This document shows positions 48,977 to 61,439 of a stretch of DNA of 64,000 bases, piece after piece. The stretch's first letter is position 1. Every line of letters starts with the position of its first letter. The notes under the pieces were generated by a model. It ran no database searches and had not been told where the DNA came from. It worked only from the letters and a program-made list of their open reading frames with translations. This DNA is from Xylographa opegraphella (Eukaryota). A program made the translations under genes and the position numbers. The DNA is taken from contig JALDZX010000014.1 in NCBI GenBank assembly GCA_022813865.1, positions 62,001-126,000 of the forward strand, written 5' to 3'.

Positions 48977-51163
48977 AATCTGGATCTACCGGCGGACGAC
49001 CATGGCCGAAGGCCATCGGATACTTGCTACACACTCGACTCTGCTATTTGCCTCATTTCCAACCCAATAGACATGTGCAGAATATTACTTCAACTGGAGC
49101 TGGTCTCTCCCCTACGGACGATAGCATTTTTCAACTATAGACCTTACTTTGCCGATCATAGTAGCATTGACAATCATTGTACTTTTAGCTCGTCAAGCTA
49201 TCTGAAATATCTCAGACGTGATTCTCGGCCGGAATCTCCGCTATTGCAGATTTCACAAAAAGCTAGGACGGACGTATGGAATTCAATTTCACTACCGTCA
49301 TACCGGTCTCTCTAAATCCCCACGACGGTATTATTTTGGAACAATGTGAGATCACTTCTCAGATCTATCTTACTAGTAGGAAATTTTTCGTAGCTTCATC
49401 CATGCAAAACCCGGTACATTGGCCTGGACCAGTGTACCTGGGGAGGTATCGCAAGGTGGAGCCGCTAACGGCTCGCCTATTAACCCTAACAGCCGAACTG
49501 CTCGATTATTGCTCACCAACCTTGTGACCATCGCTGGCCCCTGGACCCCGCTGCTTGCCCCTGGACCCCGCTGCTTGCCCAACCGTTCCGCAGTACTAGG
49601 TTTCCGCTTTTCCGTGGGCCGAGAATCTGTAATGGCGGAATGCTTTGCTATGATTTCAGCGTAGCCTTTTTGTAGTATATCTATGAGGCTGGGGCGCTTT
49701 GTGGATCTCGCCGTCTCCGTTGATGGGTTTACAGCAGCGCCGATCGATACACCGTCAGCGTTCTCAAGCGAATGCGATGGTTCCTTCGTGACTGATAGGC
49801 CATCATCGCACTCGAAGCTGTCCAACGTGTTGCGTTCGGTGTTCGATTGGACCGAAGAACTTGTAGGTCCAGGCTTATCGTTGGGGACCCGGTGCTCCGT
49901 GACTGCTGGAATCTAGGTGAATCAGCTTTGATATTTCGCGATTCTCGACTCCACATTCTTCGTGGCCTGAGCTAATCTGATTGTGCTTGTTTCGCGGACG
50001 ATGTTAAGTAGCGTCGGAAAGTCTACAATTCGTGAATTTCCTGAAGCTACTTTGGAGGTATAGTCCCTGCCTCATCACCGATCTGAGAAGTGACTGAGGC
50101 TGACATATTGTTGAGGATGCTCGGTGGATAACCGAAATGGCAACGACGTTGATTATAGAGTCAGTCGAGCAGGCTTGAGAAGTACTGTGGTAGTTAAGGT
50201 ACCTCCCGTACCTTACGTTGAGTCGTGTTAGAGTTGTCATGTAAATAAGCGAGCCGTTAGTGGCTCCACTTTGGGAGCTTGATCGGCGAGCCAGTATGGC
50301 TAATCTAGATAGAGCTAGCATTGTACGGGTACAGCCGTTAGTGGTAAAATGGCAAGATCAACGTCAACGTCAACCTCGAATACCAAAGAATACCATCTCC
50401 TCTCGACTCCGTACACATTCGGTGCCGTGGATACTCGAATCTCAGGAATCAACTTTCCCAATCTATCTGAACATCAATACTGGTGCACCGCCTACTACTA
50501 GTACTACTATTCAATTGATCTCTCGTGGCTCGTCATTCAAAAGACCCTTCCAATCAATAGCATTTTCCCAATGTTAAAAACCAATAACGTGAATCCTGTT
50601 ATAAAGCGACTCTCCAACTGCAAAGTTCTCTCCGCAATATTTTTCGTTTATAGTTATAGTGATCCATCGGTCGTCTTTGGTCTCCCACATGTCCTACTTA
50701 TAGCACGTTCATCCCCAGTCGCCTTTGTGTGACATTGGCAACTAGTATAGCACTCGATTTCTTTTCACATACCACTGCCTCCGTAAGTATTGTCTCTGTT
50801 TTCAAGTTCAGTCTCATTCTGAGACCAGGCCACTGCACGTTTCCTTCACTGAAGGCACGAACAGCAGTGAGTAATTGGGGAAGGCGAGTACCTTCGTTGT
50901 CTGGTCTTTGTTTGCAACAGTCGTCTTTCATTATGCTCACACCACCTCTGCAAAGCTAGACTACCCGCAAACGCTCCGTCGCCCCAGCGGCTTTTTTCGC
51001 CTCCCGCTGTATCGAAATCACTTCCATATCGAATCACTTGTTTGAGTTCCTGTCGTCTAGTACTTTAGCACCTCCATATCCAAGACTCCTATGACCTATC
51101 TTCTTCATCCCAATCACAAACCCTCTGCATCTCCCATTATCTTGTCTGCTCCATACCCATCAT

Positions 51164-51388
51164 ATGTATCCGAGTCCTCTGCTTGCGTGTACATGCACCA
51201 CTCAAGGCTGCTTTTACTCTGATCACAGCGTCGCAGTGGACTACTGCGCAGCTTGTTTTGAGCACCGCTGCTGCCCGGAATCAATGCAGGAAGCATCATC
51301 GACTCTATTACAATCGTGGGCATCAGATGTGGACGTACGAATCCCGAGGGTAGTAAGGGTAGAAGACTTGATCACGGCGCCGAAGTAG
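51164..51388 (+). CDS. 74-aa Cys/His-rich microprotein D
   Basis: ACTCTTQGCFYSDH...YCAACFEHRCCPES; pyrimidine-rich leader. Confidence 0.45.
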   Translation: MYPSPLLACTCTTQGCFYSDHSVAVDYCAACFEHRCCPESMQEASSTLLQSWASDVDVRIPRVVRVEDLITAPK

Positions 51389-51753
51389 CGACGAAAGGAT
51401 TTTACCTAGCGTGAGCGGGTGACAATGGGAGGTGTACGGTAGGTCCCGTAGGTCCCGTTTAGAGGCTGCTTTTCGTTCTTTGAATGAAAAGAGAGAAAGA
51501 AGCTTTGATGTGAAGGCTTTTCATATTCATTATGTGCCCTTGTATGGCAGTATATGAGCTAGCGCCCGCCTATTAATCCACATCTTTTATAATGCTCGTA
51601 CTCTTCGATATCAACCAAGTATTATACCACTTCATCCTCATCCCAAACCAATCAACCACCACAGTACATTACATCTGGGAAACCCATCTCCAGTCTACAA
51701 CACCACCTCCACCACATCCAATCGCATCGTACCTCTCAAAGGCCCGGTCACCA

Positions 51754-51957
51754 ATGTGCCTAACAAAATTATGGTACTACCGGTGCGCGCTCAGCGGCTG
51801 CCGGCGCGACGCCGTCTCTAGGGAGACCGTCTTCTGTTTAGACTATGTCAACACACGTAGGTGCTGGGCAGGCACCCATTATGCCAATTATTACTTACGA
51901 GGCGACTGCCCGACGTGTGAGATACAGTACCCCCGCCAGGATCGTCGAGGCCGGTAA
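51754..51957 (+). CDS. 67-aa Cys-rich microprotein C (MC-x8-C...CxxC)
   Basis: MCLTKLWYYRCALSGC...FC...RC...DCPTC; C/A-rich leader and G-rich trailer. Confidence 0.6.
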   Translation: MCLTKLWYYRCALSGCRRDAVSRETVFCLDYVNTRRCWAGTHYANYYLRGDCPTCEIQYPRQDRRGR

Positions 51958-53019
51958 GCGACTCGCGGAGAGGGGGGAAGGGAGGCAGGGCGGGATAAGG
52001 GGCGCTGAACGTGCGCTACTTGGGAGTCGGTGGGACGATGTAGAGGTTTTGGGTTTCAGTGAACTTTCATCGTTCGTGTCACTTGTTGAATTGCTGCGTT
52101 GGTGTTGATTTGGAAATGCAAACGTTTAGGCTGCGGTCGAGGAAGAGCCATATGAGAGCTACAATGCGAAAGTGCGAGCGGACAGACAATCGAGGTGGAA
52201 TGCGAGACGTGATCGGGATGGCACAGGCTGGCAAAATGCACAAATGGGCGACGGCTTTCTGCTTGCTCCGCCATCTCGCAGCCCGTGCTCCAGAAACTGC
52301 TTGGCCGGAGATATGCGACCAGGTTTTTGGGGTTGTAAATAAGGTCAGCAACTTTGATGTAAGGAATGAAAATGTGCCGCCGACAAACATGCTGGTGGCT
52401 GGCTCGTCTTCTGGCCATACTGGGAGCTGGGGAGGATGTCGTGATTGATTTTTTGTGTGTGAGTCACGACATAAGAGCCAAACTGAGGAGGATTATAAGA
52501 TGGAGTCGATGATGTGGAGGAGGGGGGGGTCATTGGGTATGTGGTAGAGGTGAATTTGCGACGAGCAAAGTAGGTAGGGAAGAAGCAGTCCAAAGGGGAT
52601 ATCACCATGGGCATATACTGCGGTAGGTACAACTCGATTCGAGGCGTCAGACTGATATAGGATTTTTCCCAAGGAAGTGCTATATCAATTTGAGGCTTGG
52701 TAACCACATCAATGGCGACATGACAGCATGATCGCCCACTAGTTCTAGAAATGAAGTCGCAATATCTGATGAAGTGCGAGCAAATAAGGATGAAAACGAT
52801 TGGACAACATCAACTTGTCAAGGAAATAGTTGGTATGATATCATGAAACTAGAATCAATGAGTGTCGTGTAATGAAAGTAGCACAATCCCAACAATCCCA
52901 ACAAATGTAGTTCGTCAAACATAGCATTAGATGCCAAGCTTTTGTGTGATCGACAGCTCACTGCCGCTGACGACCTCCGCCAGCTTTCCAGCCCAATCTG
53001 GCACGCTCGGCCTTGTCTG

Positions 53020-53328
53020 CTAACGGTGGAGCCTCTCCGGCGGCGTTAAGGCTTCGTACCCGCGCATGTTCTTTTGATAGATAGGCTGGGAAAGATCAAT
53101 GCCAAGGCTGCGGCCCGCAGCAGTCACCCTGGCGGTGCGTGCCGCTTCATACTGGCCACGGGTTGAGGTGTGGATCTGAGCTTGCTGACGGTCGTGTTCG
53201 AGGAGTCTAGCATGAGTCAACGCATGGCCTGGTGCTGTAGCCTGAGTCCCAGAGGCTGTATGGAAGTTTTGGTGTGGACGATAAGGTGAGTACCACCCTT
53301 TGAGAGAAGTTCCTCGGGCCTGAGCCAT
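53020..53328 (-). CDS. Small hypothetical protein
   Basis: A 102-aa ATG ORF in CAACATGG context with a pyrimidine-rich leader; no recognisable motif. Confidence 0.3.
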   Translation of the reverse strand: MAQARGTSLKGWYSPYRPHQNFHTASGTQATAPGHALTHARLLEHDRQQAQIHTSTRGQYEAARTARVTAAGRSLGIDLSQPIYQKNMRGYEALTPPERLHR

Positions 53329-54368
53329 GTTGGAGTGATAGGAGTTCTCCCTATTCGGTGAGATGGGTTAGTGTCAGCAGATGATGGCGGTGAAGTGAAA
53401 GGAGAGAACGTGGGCCAGGATGATGCAAAAGTGCTTGAGGAAAACGAATGGGGTTGAGAAGGTCTCACGGCTTGGGATCGGTTCCGGAGTTCCCTTCATG
53501 GTCTGCTGCTCTGCCGACTGGAGTGCTTGTCATTGTATACAATTGTATACCACGAAGGGTTTTGGGTTGGAGGATACAGGCACGAAACTCCGATCAATAA
53601 TACAGGATGGACCTGAAATTCGAGCAAGACAACGAAAGAAGATTTGGGACCACAGAAGCTTGCCAGTACTTTCCGTGAATACAGAAGCATCAGCACGATA
53701 TGAGCGACGGAGAGAGGGGACTTTATAGCAGGCAACGCAAGCTCGACAGCCCACAAAGGGAGACATGACAGAATTTCTGCACTTTTGAGCAGTGGATCGA
53801 AGCGTATGTGAAGGATGTAAGAGCACGGGACAAGAATTGATGAGATGCACGCTCGATGGACCGTCCGGCCTCCCATTGAGGGTTCCTGCAATCTTCTTTT
53901 CTTGCACTCGGGCTGGAGGCCCACACTCGCAGGCGTCGAGCGTCGATGGACGTACGGGACTGGCTAACGACTAGAGAGAGACGCCAATAAGGGTGATCCC
54001 TGCTAACTTGTACCCTACTGGTCAGCTAGTACCCTACTACTGTAATAGAGGTGCAATATGCAATTGCACTTTCAAAGGTTGTCTAAGATATCGTCCCTGG
54101 ACATGTATACACAACTCGAAAAGTGCATATGCATTTTCGTAGCTCGGTAAGATGTAACAGCATAGGTATCTTGCTCTACCCCGGACCGGCTTTTATTCAT
54201 CTGCGTGTATTATCACAACTATAGTAGAGCACATGGCCGTACGTTGTTGCCTGGGTTGCCTTAAACAGCTAATACCCCCCACCAATGCAACAAGGGCAAT
54301 TCTGCGCTCTGTTTTCCACAAAAGTTTCTCCTCGACGATCTGGACACCATTGATCCATCCACAGCATC

Positions 54369-56393
54369 ATGATGCGCCAACCATGGGACGACGTGAAAGA
54401 ATACATCAGAGAATATTACAAAACTCAGAACAAGTCGCTCGCAGAGTTGGAACAGCTGATGATTTCAAAGCACGACTTTCATAAATCGTATGTTACCAAA
54501 TTGACATGCTACTTGCATCAGGCTGAGAGCGTTTGTTAGACGTCGCTCCTATATGAATAAGATTGTAGAATGGGGCTTCGAGAAGAACAAACGGCACAGA
54601 ACAAGATCAAGCCAATCTATCCAAGGACGGAAGCGTCCTAATATTCATGCGTCTGGCTCGCATACTGCAAATGCCATGAACAGTGTCTCTCAGTGAGTAC
54701 TCATTCCAATTTCAAATGTACACGCCTTGTTCATTGTTGCAGACTCAGTCATTCCGTGGTTCCAGCACTTTCGCCTCTCTGGACTCATGGCCAATCGTCA
54801 TGGCCCGTCACAGAATTCATGGAAAGTCCTCCGAGTACGTTGGATAATCCCTACGCCAACTATCCGTCATTGCAGATATCACCACCAAGTTCCACAATTG
54901 GCACCATCGCCCATCAATCTTTACAGGCGGGAGAGACAGTAGAGGGCACGCGGTATATCCACGGCCAGACTCCTCTGCATCATGCTGCACTCGAGGGAGA
55001 CCTGGAACGGGTACAAGCGTTGCTTTCGAGGGACCATTCATTACACGAGATAGATGATTATGGTAACCAACCTCTTCATTACGCCGCAGAAAAGTTTTGT
55101 ACTGGCATTATTGACCTCCTATTGAAGAATGGTGCGAACGTCAATGCAAGAGGAGCGGGAGGCAGAACACCACTGCATTTGGCGTTGCGATCGGCGAAAG
55201 CTGTGAACAGGCTTCTACGGGAGCATCCTACTAGGACGGCACACGATGACGAAGGTAACAGCGTACTTCACACCGCGCTAGATGTGTTCTCCACGACTTC
55301 GAATGATGCTGGCATGGTTCGCACGATTAAGAAGTTGGTTCTTTCCGGATACGATGTGAATACGTGCAACCGTGCCGGGAGAACGCCTTTCCACATGGCA
55401 TGTGGCTCGAGAAACAAAGCCATCCGCGACATTCTGGTCCTGTTCCTTGACAACCAAGCCAAGACTGCTTTCCCAGACCCCAACAATAAAATGCCATTCC
55501 AGATTTTTCTCGATGGAATGCATGAGCCATGGTACTCGATCGGTGACGAAATTAAGCTGGTTCAGCTTTTTCTACACTGCGGGGCCGATCCCAATACATT
55601 TTGGAGGGACTCTCCATTACTCCTTACGGCTCTCATTGAAATACCCTCTTATTCGGGACTCCTAGAGAGTCTTTGCGAGACTGCTGACATCGACAAGCTT
55701 GCGGCGAACGGAGACTCACCCTTGCACATCATTGCTAGGGATTTTATCACGGGGGACACTGCCCTGTGCAACATCCTTCTACGACGTGGAGCCAGTCCCA
55801 ACCAGATCAATAAGTCTGGCAACTCTCCATTGATGCTGCTATCGATGGACGAACATGATTATAGCCTTACAATCGGTATGATGGCCTCTCTTATACAGGC
55901 AGGAGCCAATCCGATGCAGAGGCATCGGGACGGGGAGCTTCCGGTGTATCATGCATATCGATCGCTCAACTCGGGAACAGATAAGCGGCGCGAGGTCCTC
56001 AAAGTTTTGGTGGAATCCTACATTGCCAATGATACGGTAATGGAAGAAAGCAGAGTCTACCCAAACGATCACATCTGGTGGGTCGAATATCGGCTTCTTC
56101 GCAGAAGGAAGACCTGTTGTGGCGAAGGATTGAGGCGCCTTGCGGCATGTGCGCATTACTTACCTCATGATATAGCCAAGGACTTCTCGGACCTCCTCCT
56201 TATTGAAGCCGCACATGACATCTTAACTGACTTCAAAGAAAGGTTTTTGACGCACAAGGCCGGGTTTGGCCTCGAGACAATAGCAGGGAGGGAATTCCAC
56301 GATGTGATTGTGGAAGTTTTGCGGGAGTGCCTGCGGATGAAGCTGAAAATCGAGCACACATGGTACCAGCTGCTCCTGGAGTTTTTCGATTAG
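54369..56393 (+). CDS. Clr5-domain plus ankyrin-repeat protein, 3 exons
   Basis: Introns 54488-54539 and 54693-54742 give WDDVKEYIREYYKTQNKSLAELEQLMISKHDFHKS/RRSYMNKIVEWGFEKN (Clr5-like), fused to multiple ankyrin repeats (GQTPLHHAA, GNQPLHYAA, GRTPLHLA, GDSPLHII). Confidence 0.85.
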
Positions 56394-56686
56394 GTACGGC
56401 ACGGCTTGTTGTGTTGTCACCCATTTAATACGTCGAGAAAGATATTTAGCACACTCGTCACCGACTGTAAGAGTGAAGTTGAAGGCTTGTTGGTAGGCTA
56501 TGGCATGCATCACTCGAAGAAGGTGAACAAGGAGTCGATGAGTCGTAAATTAGGAATTCACAGATATATGCGGTTCCGATACACGGCACTGCCCCTTGAA
56601 CCACCCCAACGCCACGCCAGTAAAACGCCATTCCGACAACAGACAGGCTCGATGGATACCAGCACCACCATTGTTCTCGGCAGCAA

Positions 56687-57118
56687 TCATGCTTGCACGT
56701 ATATATCCTGATGCATGCCCAGCAGGCGCTGCAGACTGATCCTCCACCCCAGCTTCCCGACGTCGACGGTCGCATACCGAGCCCTGACCGGATTCCTCTC
56801 CGACCCGACATCCATGTAGAGATCGGCGTCGAGACTCCGTCCTGGAGAGTTCGTTCTGACCAGGCCTCTGCAGTTTTCTGTACACCGTCATCAATCGGAG
56901 CACGGGCGGGCGCAACGCACAGCGGACAAGGGGCCGGGATCACACATACCGAAATCTTCCTGGCACATTGCGTCCAGCTTGAAGGTCCTTGGGTTGTAGA
57001 CAATATGCGTCGAACAACTCGACGCGGTGGAGGCGGTCGACGCATCGCTCGCGGTCGATGTCGTGCTCGCGGTCGTGTCTTGCCTCGTCGGCGACTTGGA
57101 CACCAAATCCACAGCCAT
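56687..57118 (-). CDS. Small two-exon hypothetical protein, divergent from the patatin gene
   Basis: ATG in GCCATGG-like context. Intron 56949-56878 (GTATGT..TGAC..CAG) joins MAVDLVSK...MCQEDF to ENCRGLV...WRISLQRLLGMHQDIYVQA*. Confidence 0.5.
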
Positions 57119-57979
57119 GGTTTGTTGTTTTGGTCTTGGCGGCGAAGGAAGACGAGTCACGCAGACCAGATCGTTCCGTACACGGGCGTCGAAAGAGTTC
57201 CACTGCAAATGGGAGTGACGGTTGTTACCAGAAATCCTTTGCCTGGAATGAGGGGTGCGCTTTGCTTTAAGACTCGAACTTGTTGGCCCCGAGTCAGTCG
57301 TGCGGTCAAATCACGCATCGGGGTTGGTGGCCGTGCGCACCCGACGGCTGACGCCGATCGAGGCGGATCGAAGGCAAGCCGAAAGGCGCAAGGCTCTGCG
57401 GGGGCTGAGCGGCCAATCAGAGTGGCTGGTGGCGACGTCACAGCCCCCCTGCTGCGACATTCACCGCCCCTCTGCTCGTCTGCCACGCAAGCACCCACAG
57501 CCACAGTGGGTTAGACTACTCTTGGCGGAGGAATCGGAGGAATATTGATCCTCTTCGTGCAACTGCAGCTTGGCACCCCGGTCATACAATGCTCCGCTTC
57601 GAAGCGGCTGAAGAGCAACGCGGGCACGTACTTCGTACTGTTAGCTGTCCCCCAACCCGCAGGGTTACATGGCTCCCCTGTGTGAGCTGCCGATCGCTTT
57701 ATTCTGGTCCTGGCTAGAGGGCTGAACCGCACTTTGCGGGGCCAAGCTACAGAAGGTAGAGCCTCATTCTGCTTTGAAACGAGATGACTAGGCTGCGATA
57801 CCATATACATCTTCTGGACTGCATACTTCTCTCGCTTCAATTCCTTCCCTAAACTAATTATCTCGCAAGATTCTCGGGAATCTCGATATACTTGCACATT
57901 TCTGCCTCTTTTGGAGACAAAGGTCCAGCGCGGTACACTGTGGGCCTGAGACTCGTGCGAGCGAGATACGAAGCGCACC

Positions 57980-59833
57980 ATGGAGGCGGATGGCCATCAA
58001 ATACCAATGTCGACTTCCTCGGAGGGAGTCACCTCCAGGCGCACGCATTTTGATCGCCATGAAGTTATACCGAGGTTTATTAGGCCTCGACGAGTCGATA
58101 CCATGCCTCGAACTGGAAGCTTTACAGACTACACCGGCCCGTGGACTCCTCAGTACGTGCTGTCGCTAGGTACGACCCGTTCCCAACCGCTCGGTAAAGC
58201 CTCGGCACGCTGACATGTTGCTTCGCTAGACGGGGGTGGGATCAAAGGATACTCGTCATTGTGGATTCTGAAGAGGCTCATGAAGCACATCGACGCCGAA
58301 GAGAAGAGGCTGGATCCGGACAAGGACCAACCTTGGTACACCGAAGAGTTGCCCCAGCCTCAACCGCCGTTCGAGCCTTGCTTCTATTTTGACTATGTCT
58401 TTGGTACAAGCACTGGAGGGTGAGACCCCCGGACGATCATCCAGTGATTTGATTGTTCTCCGCTAACGTTTGCAGTCTGATTGCTATAATGCTAAGCCGT
58501 CTGCGTATGACTGTCGAGGAGTCTTTAGACGCCTATCGAGACCTCGCGGGCAGGGTCTTTGCCCAGCCCCGATGGTTCAGCTTCTTTGGGCTTGCCCGCG
58601 ACATGTATGACCATCATGAGTTGAGGAAGGCTATAAATGAAGTGGTCATGAAACAAAGAGACAGGTCACTACCTGCAAACAAGCCGGAGATGAGGGGTTC
58701 GGAAGGCAATGAAGTACAAGAGTACGTCAATGACCAACCAGACGAGCCTCGCGTGGACGGAGTACAGAAAGCCTTTGGGGGGGTCCTCAATGTAGGGCCT
58801 ACATTCAACTCCGATCCCACAATGTGCCGGACGTAAGTCGATTGATCATGTACATCCACCTACCTAGCTAACAATTGGTAGTGTCTGCGTCGCTTACGCC
58901 AGCATCGAAGACTCCAAAGAATCTCCCTTCCTCTTCCGCTCGTACGAACACATCAGGAACGACCATACATGGCACCTTGAGCCATCCTCCTTCAACTCCG
59001 CCTCCCTGTCCGATGAAACGAACGAAGACAACTGGTGGATCTTCGAGCGGAACCCAGGGCCAGCCCACGCCCTCCCAATCTGGCAGGTCGCCCGGGCGAC
59101 GACCGCAGCCACAGGCTACTTCAAGCCCATGACCATCGGTGACATCGACTTTGTCGACGGCGCCCTTGGTTGCAATAACCCGGCTCAGGAGGCATACGAC
59201 GAGGTCGTCCGCATGCACAATGGTAATCGTGCGGCCGTCCGCCTGCTTCTGAGTATCGGTACCGGTCAGTCCGAGGTCACCCGGATTGGCCGCGGCCAGA
59301 TCGGACGTATGCTACAGGCTGTCAAAGCCGGCGTCGGCGTTCTGACCGAAACCGAAGAGACGCACAACACGATGACGAAGCGAGCGGCGGACATCGAAAC
59401 TCTCACCTACCGGCGCTTCAACGTCCCGAAGGCGCTTGGTGTGGGCCAGATGCGGATGGATGTGTGGAACGCTGCGGTGCAGCAGCGTATTGAGACGCTC
59501 ACCACCGAGTATCTCGACAAACCGGCAGCCCACAAAGGCGGCTTGAGCGAGGACGAGAAACTGCAGGAGCTGGCCGCCATGTTGGTGAAGGCGCGTCGGG
59601 AGAGAGCGCAGACGCGGCGGTGGCCCATCAGCACGAGCCAGATCCGGTATCGATGTACGATCGACAAGTGCGACAACGGGCAGAAGGTGCGGAACACATT
59701 CGACGAGTTGTGGACGCACATCGCGCAGGAGCATGCGAGCATGGACAGGCCGTTGCCCAGTCGGCAGCGCGCGAGCGAACTCCAGAGGGAGACGGTGGAA
59801 CGGATCATCCTGTCGGGGCAGATCGTGCACTGA
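57980..59833 (+). CDS. Patatin-like phospholipase (iPLA2-type) with a C-terminal C2H2-like finger, 4 exons
   Basis: LSL/DGGGIKG oxyanion loop, GTSTGG nucleophile, FVDGALGCNNP (DGA/G), LLSIGTG. The tail contains YRCTIDKC...LWTHIAQEH. Confidence 0.9.
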
Positions 59834-60335
59834 AGCGCAAGGCACACGGCCGTCATATGGGGGAAATCCTAGGCAAGGGCGTGGAGTCTGGGGTCAGGCA
59901 TTGCGGGCAGCGGAGATGCGAAAACTTGAGCTTTGGACGTGGATGGCATCTTGATCGGTTGGGAAAATGGCATAGCATGGGGACACGTATATACGAGACT
60001 ACGAATTGGAGATACCAAGTAACCAACTGCGGAGAGAGTAAGTAGCAGCAGCGGCAGCTCCGGGATATAATCTAAATCTAATCAAGAGACTAATCAAGAG
60101 ATCGCGCCTGAAAAGCCCATGCTCGATCTAGCCATTGACGTGAAACGACTCTTCGCCTCGAGAATCCTCGCCTCCCCCCTCCCAGCCCACAAAACCCTAA
60201 ATCCACAAGCGAAACCTTCCCACACTCCCACTCCCACTCCCACTTCCACTTCCACCACCACCACCTCCTCCTCCTCCCCCTCAACCTCCCCACCACCAAA
60301 CCACCACCACCTCACCAAACCAAAAAAACCAAAAA

Positions 60336-61439
60336 ATGCCCCCCACCCCCACCCCCACCCCACGCGTCTTCCTCCTCCGCCACGGCGAAACCGAATGGAC
60401 GCTCTCGGGCCGCTACACCAGCACGACGGACCTGCCGCTGACGCGGCACGGCGCGGCGCAGGTGCGCGCCAGCGCGCGGCTGCTGCTCGGCGCGCGCAAG
60501 CTGCTCCCGCCCGCGCGCGTCGCGGCCGTGTATGTCAGTCCGAGAGCGCGCGCGCAGCGGACGGCGGGGGAGTTTTTCGGAGAGGGGATGGTGGCGTTTG
60601 AGACGACGGAGTTGTTGGCCGAGTGGGATTATGGCGCGTATGAGGGGTTGCGGACGGGGGAGATTAGGGAGCTGTGGAGAGGGGAGGGGAGGGGGGAGGG
60701 GGAGGAGACTGGGAGGGAGTGGGATATTTGGCGGGATGGGTGTGTGGGGGGGGAGTAGGTGGTTTTTCTTTTTTTTTCTTTCTTTCTTTCTGCGCTCTTT
60801 GTTGCTGTTTGCCTTGTTGGCTTGTCTTCTTGGTTTTGCTCTCCCCGTCTTCTTCTTGCATCTCCCCCTCCACCCCCCCCCCCCGGCCCCCTCTCCTCCC
60901 ACTCCCCACCCCCCCAACCCTCTTCTCACAGACAACCAACTAACCCCCCCCTCCCCCATCTAGATCCCCCACCGCCATCACCACCCGCCTCGACACCCTC
61001 ATCGCGCGCATCCGCGCCCTACACGCGCCAGCCATGCAAGCCGGCCGCGCCGCGGACGTGGTCCTCGTAAGTCGTGCTTCCCCCTTTGCACGCCCCTGTC
61101 TGCCGACTGACTCTATAGGTCGCGCACGGGCATATACTGCGCGCGTTCGCGAAGCGTTGGTTGGGGTATGCGTTGGAGGTCCCGCTGGCGATGGTGTTGG
61201 AGCCGGGCGGGGTGGGGGTTTTGAGGTAAGTTCCGGGGGTGGTTTTTTTTTTTGGATGGTTGGGGTGTGTGGGGGGTGGGACGGGGGGTTGGGCTTTCGT
61301 GTTCTTCGGAGGGCTGATGGGTTGGTTTGGGTTTAGTTATCAGCATGGGAGGATGGAGGAGCCGGCGTTTTGGCTGGGGGTGGCGTTTCCGGTGGAGGAT
61401 GAGGAGGATGAGGAGGGGAAGGGGGTGGGTGGAGCGTGA
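60336..61439 (+). CDS. Histidine phosphatase / phosphoglycerate mutase family, sedoheptulose-1,7-bisphosphatase (Shb17)-like
   Basis: VFLLRHGETEWTLSGRYTSTTDLPLT, VSPRARAQRT, LAEWDYGAYEG, WDIWRDGC, VAHGHILRAF and SYQHG..EEPAF. Confidence 0.88.

Noticed and set aside
56458..57548. Long overlapping ORFs (273 aa +, 195 aa -)
   Set aside because: GC-rich shadow frames with no domain signal; the spliced minus-strand model 56687-57118 fits better.
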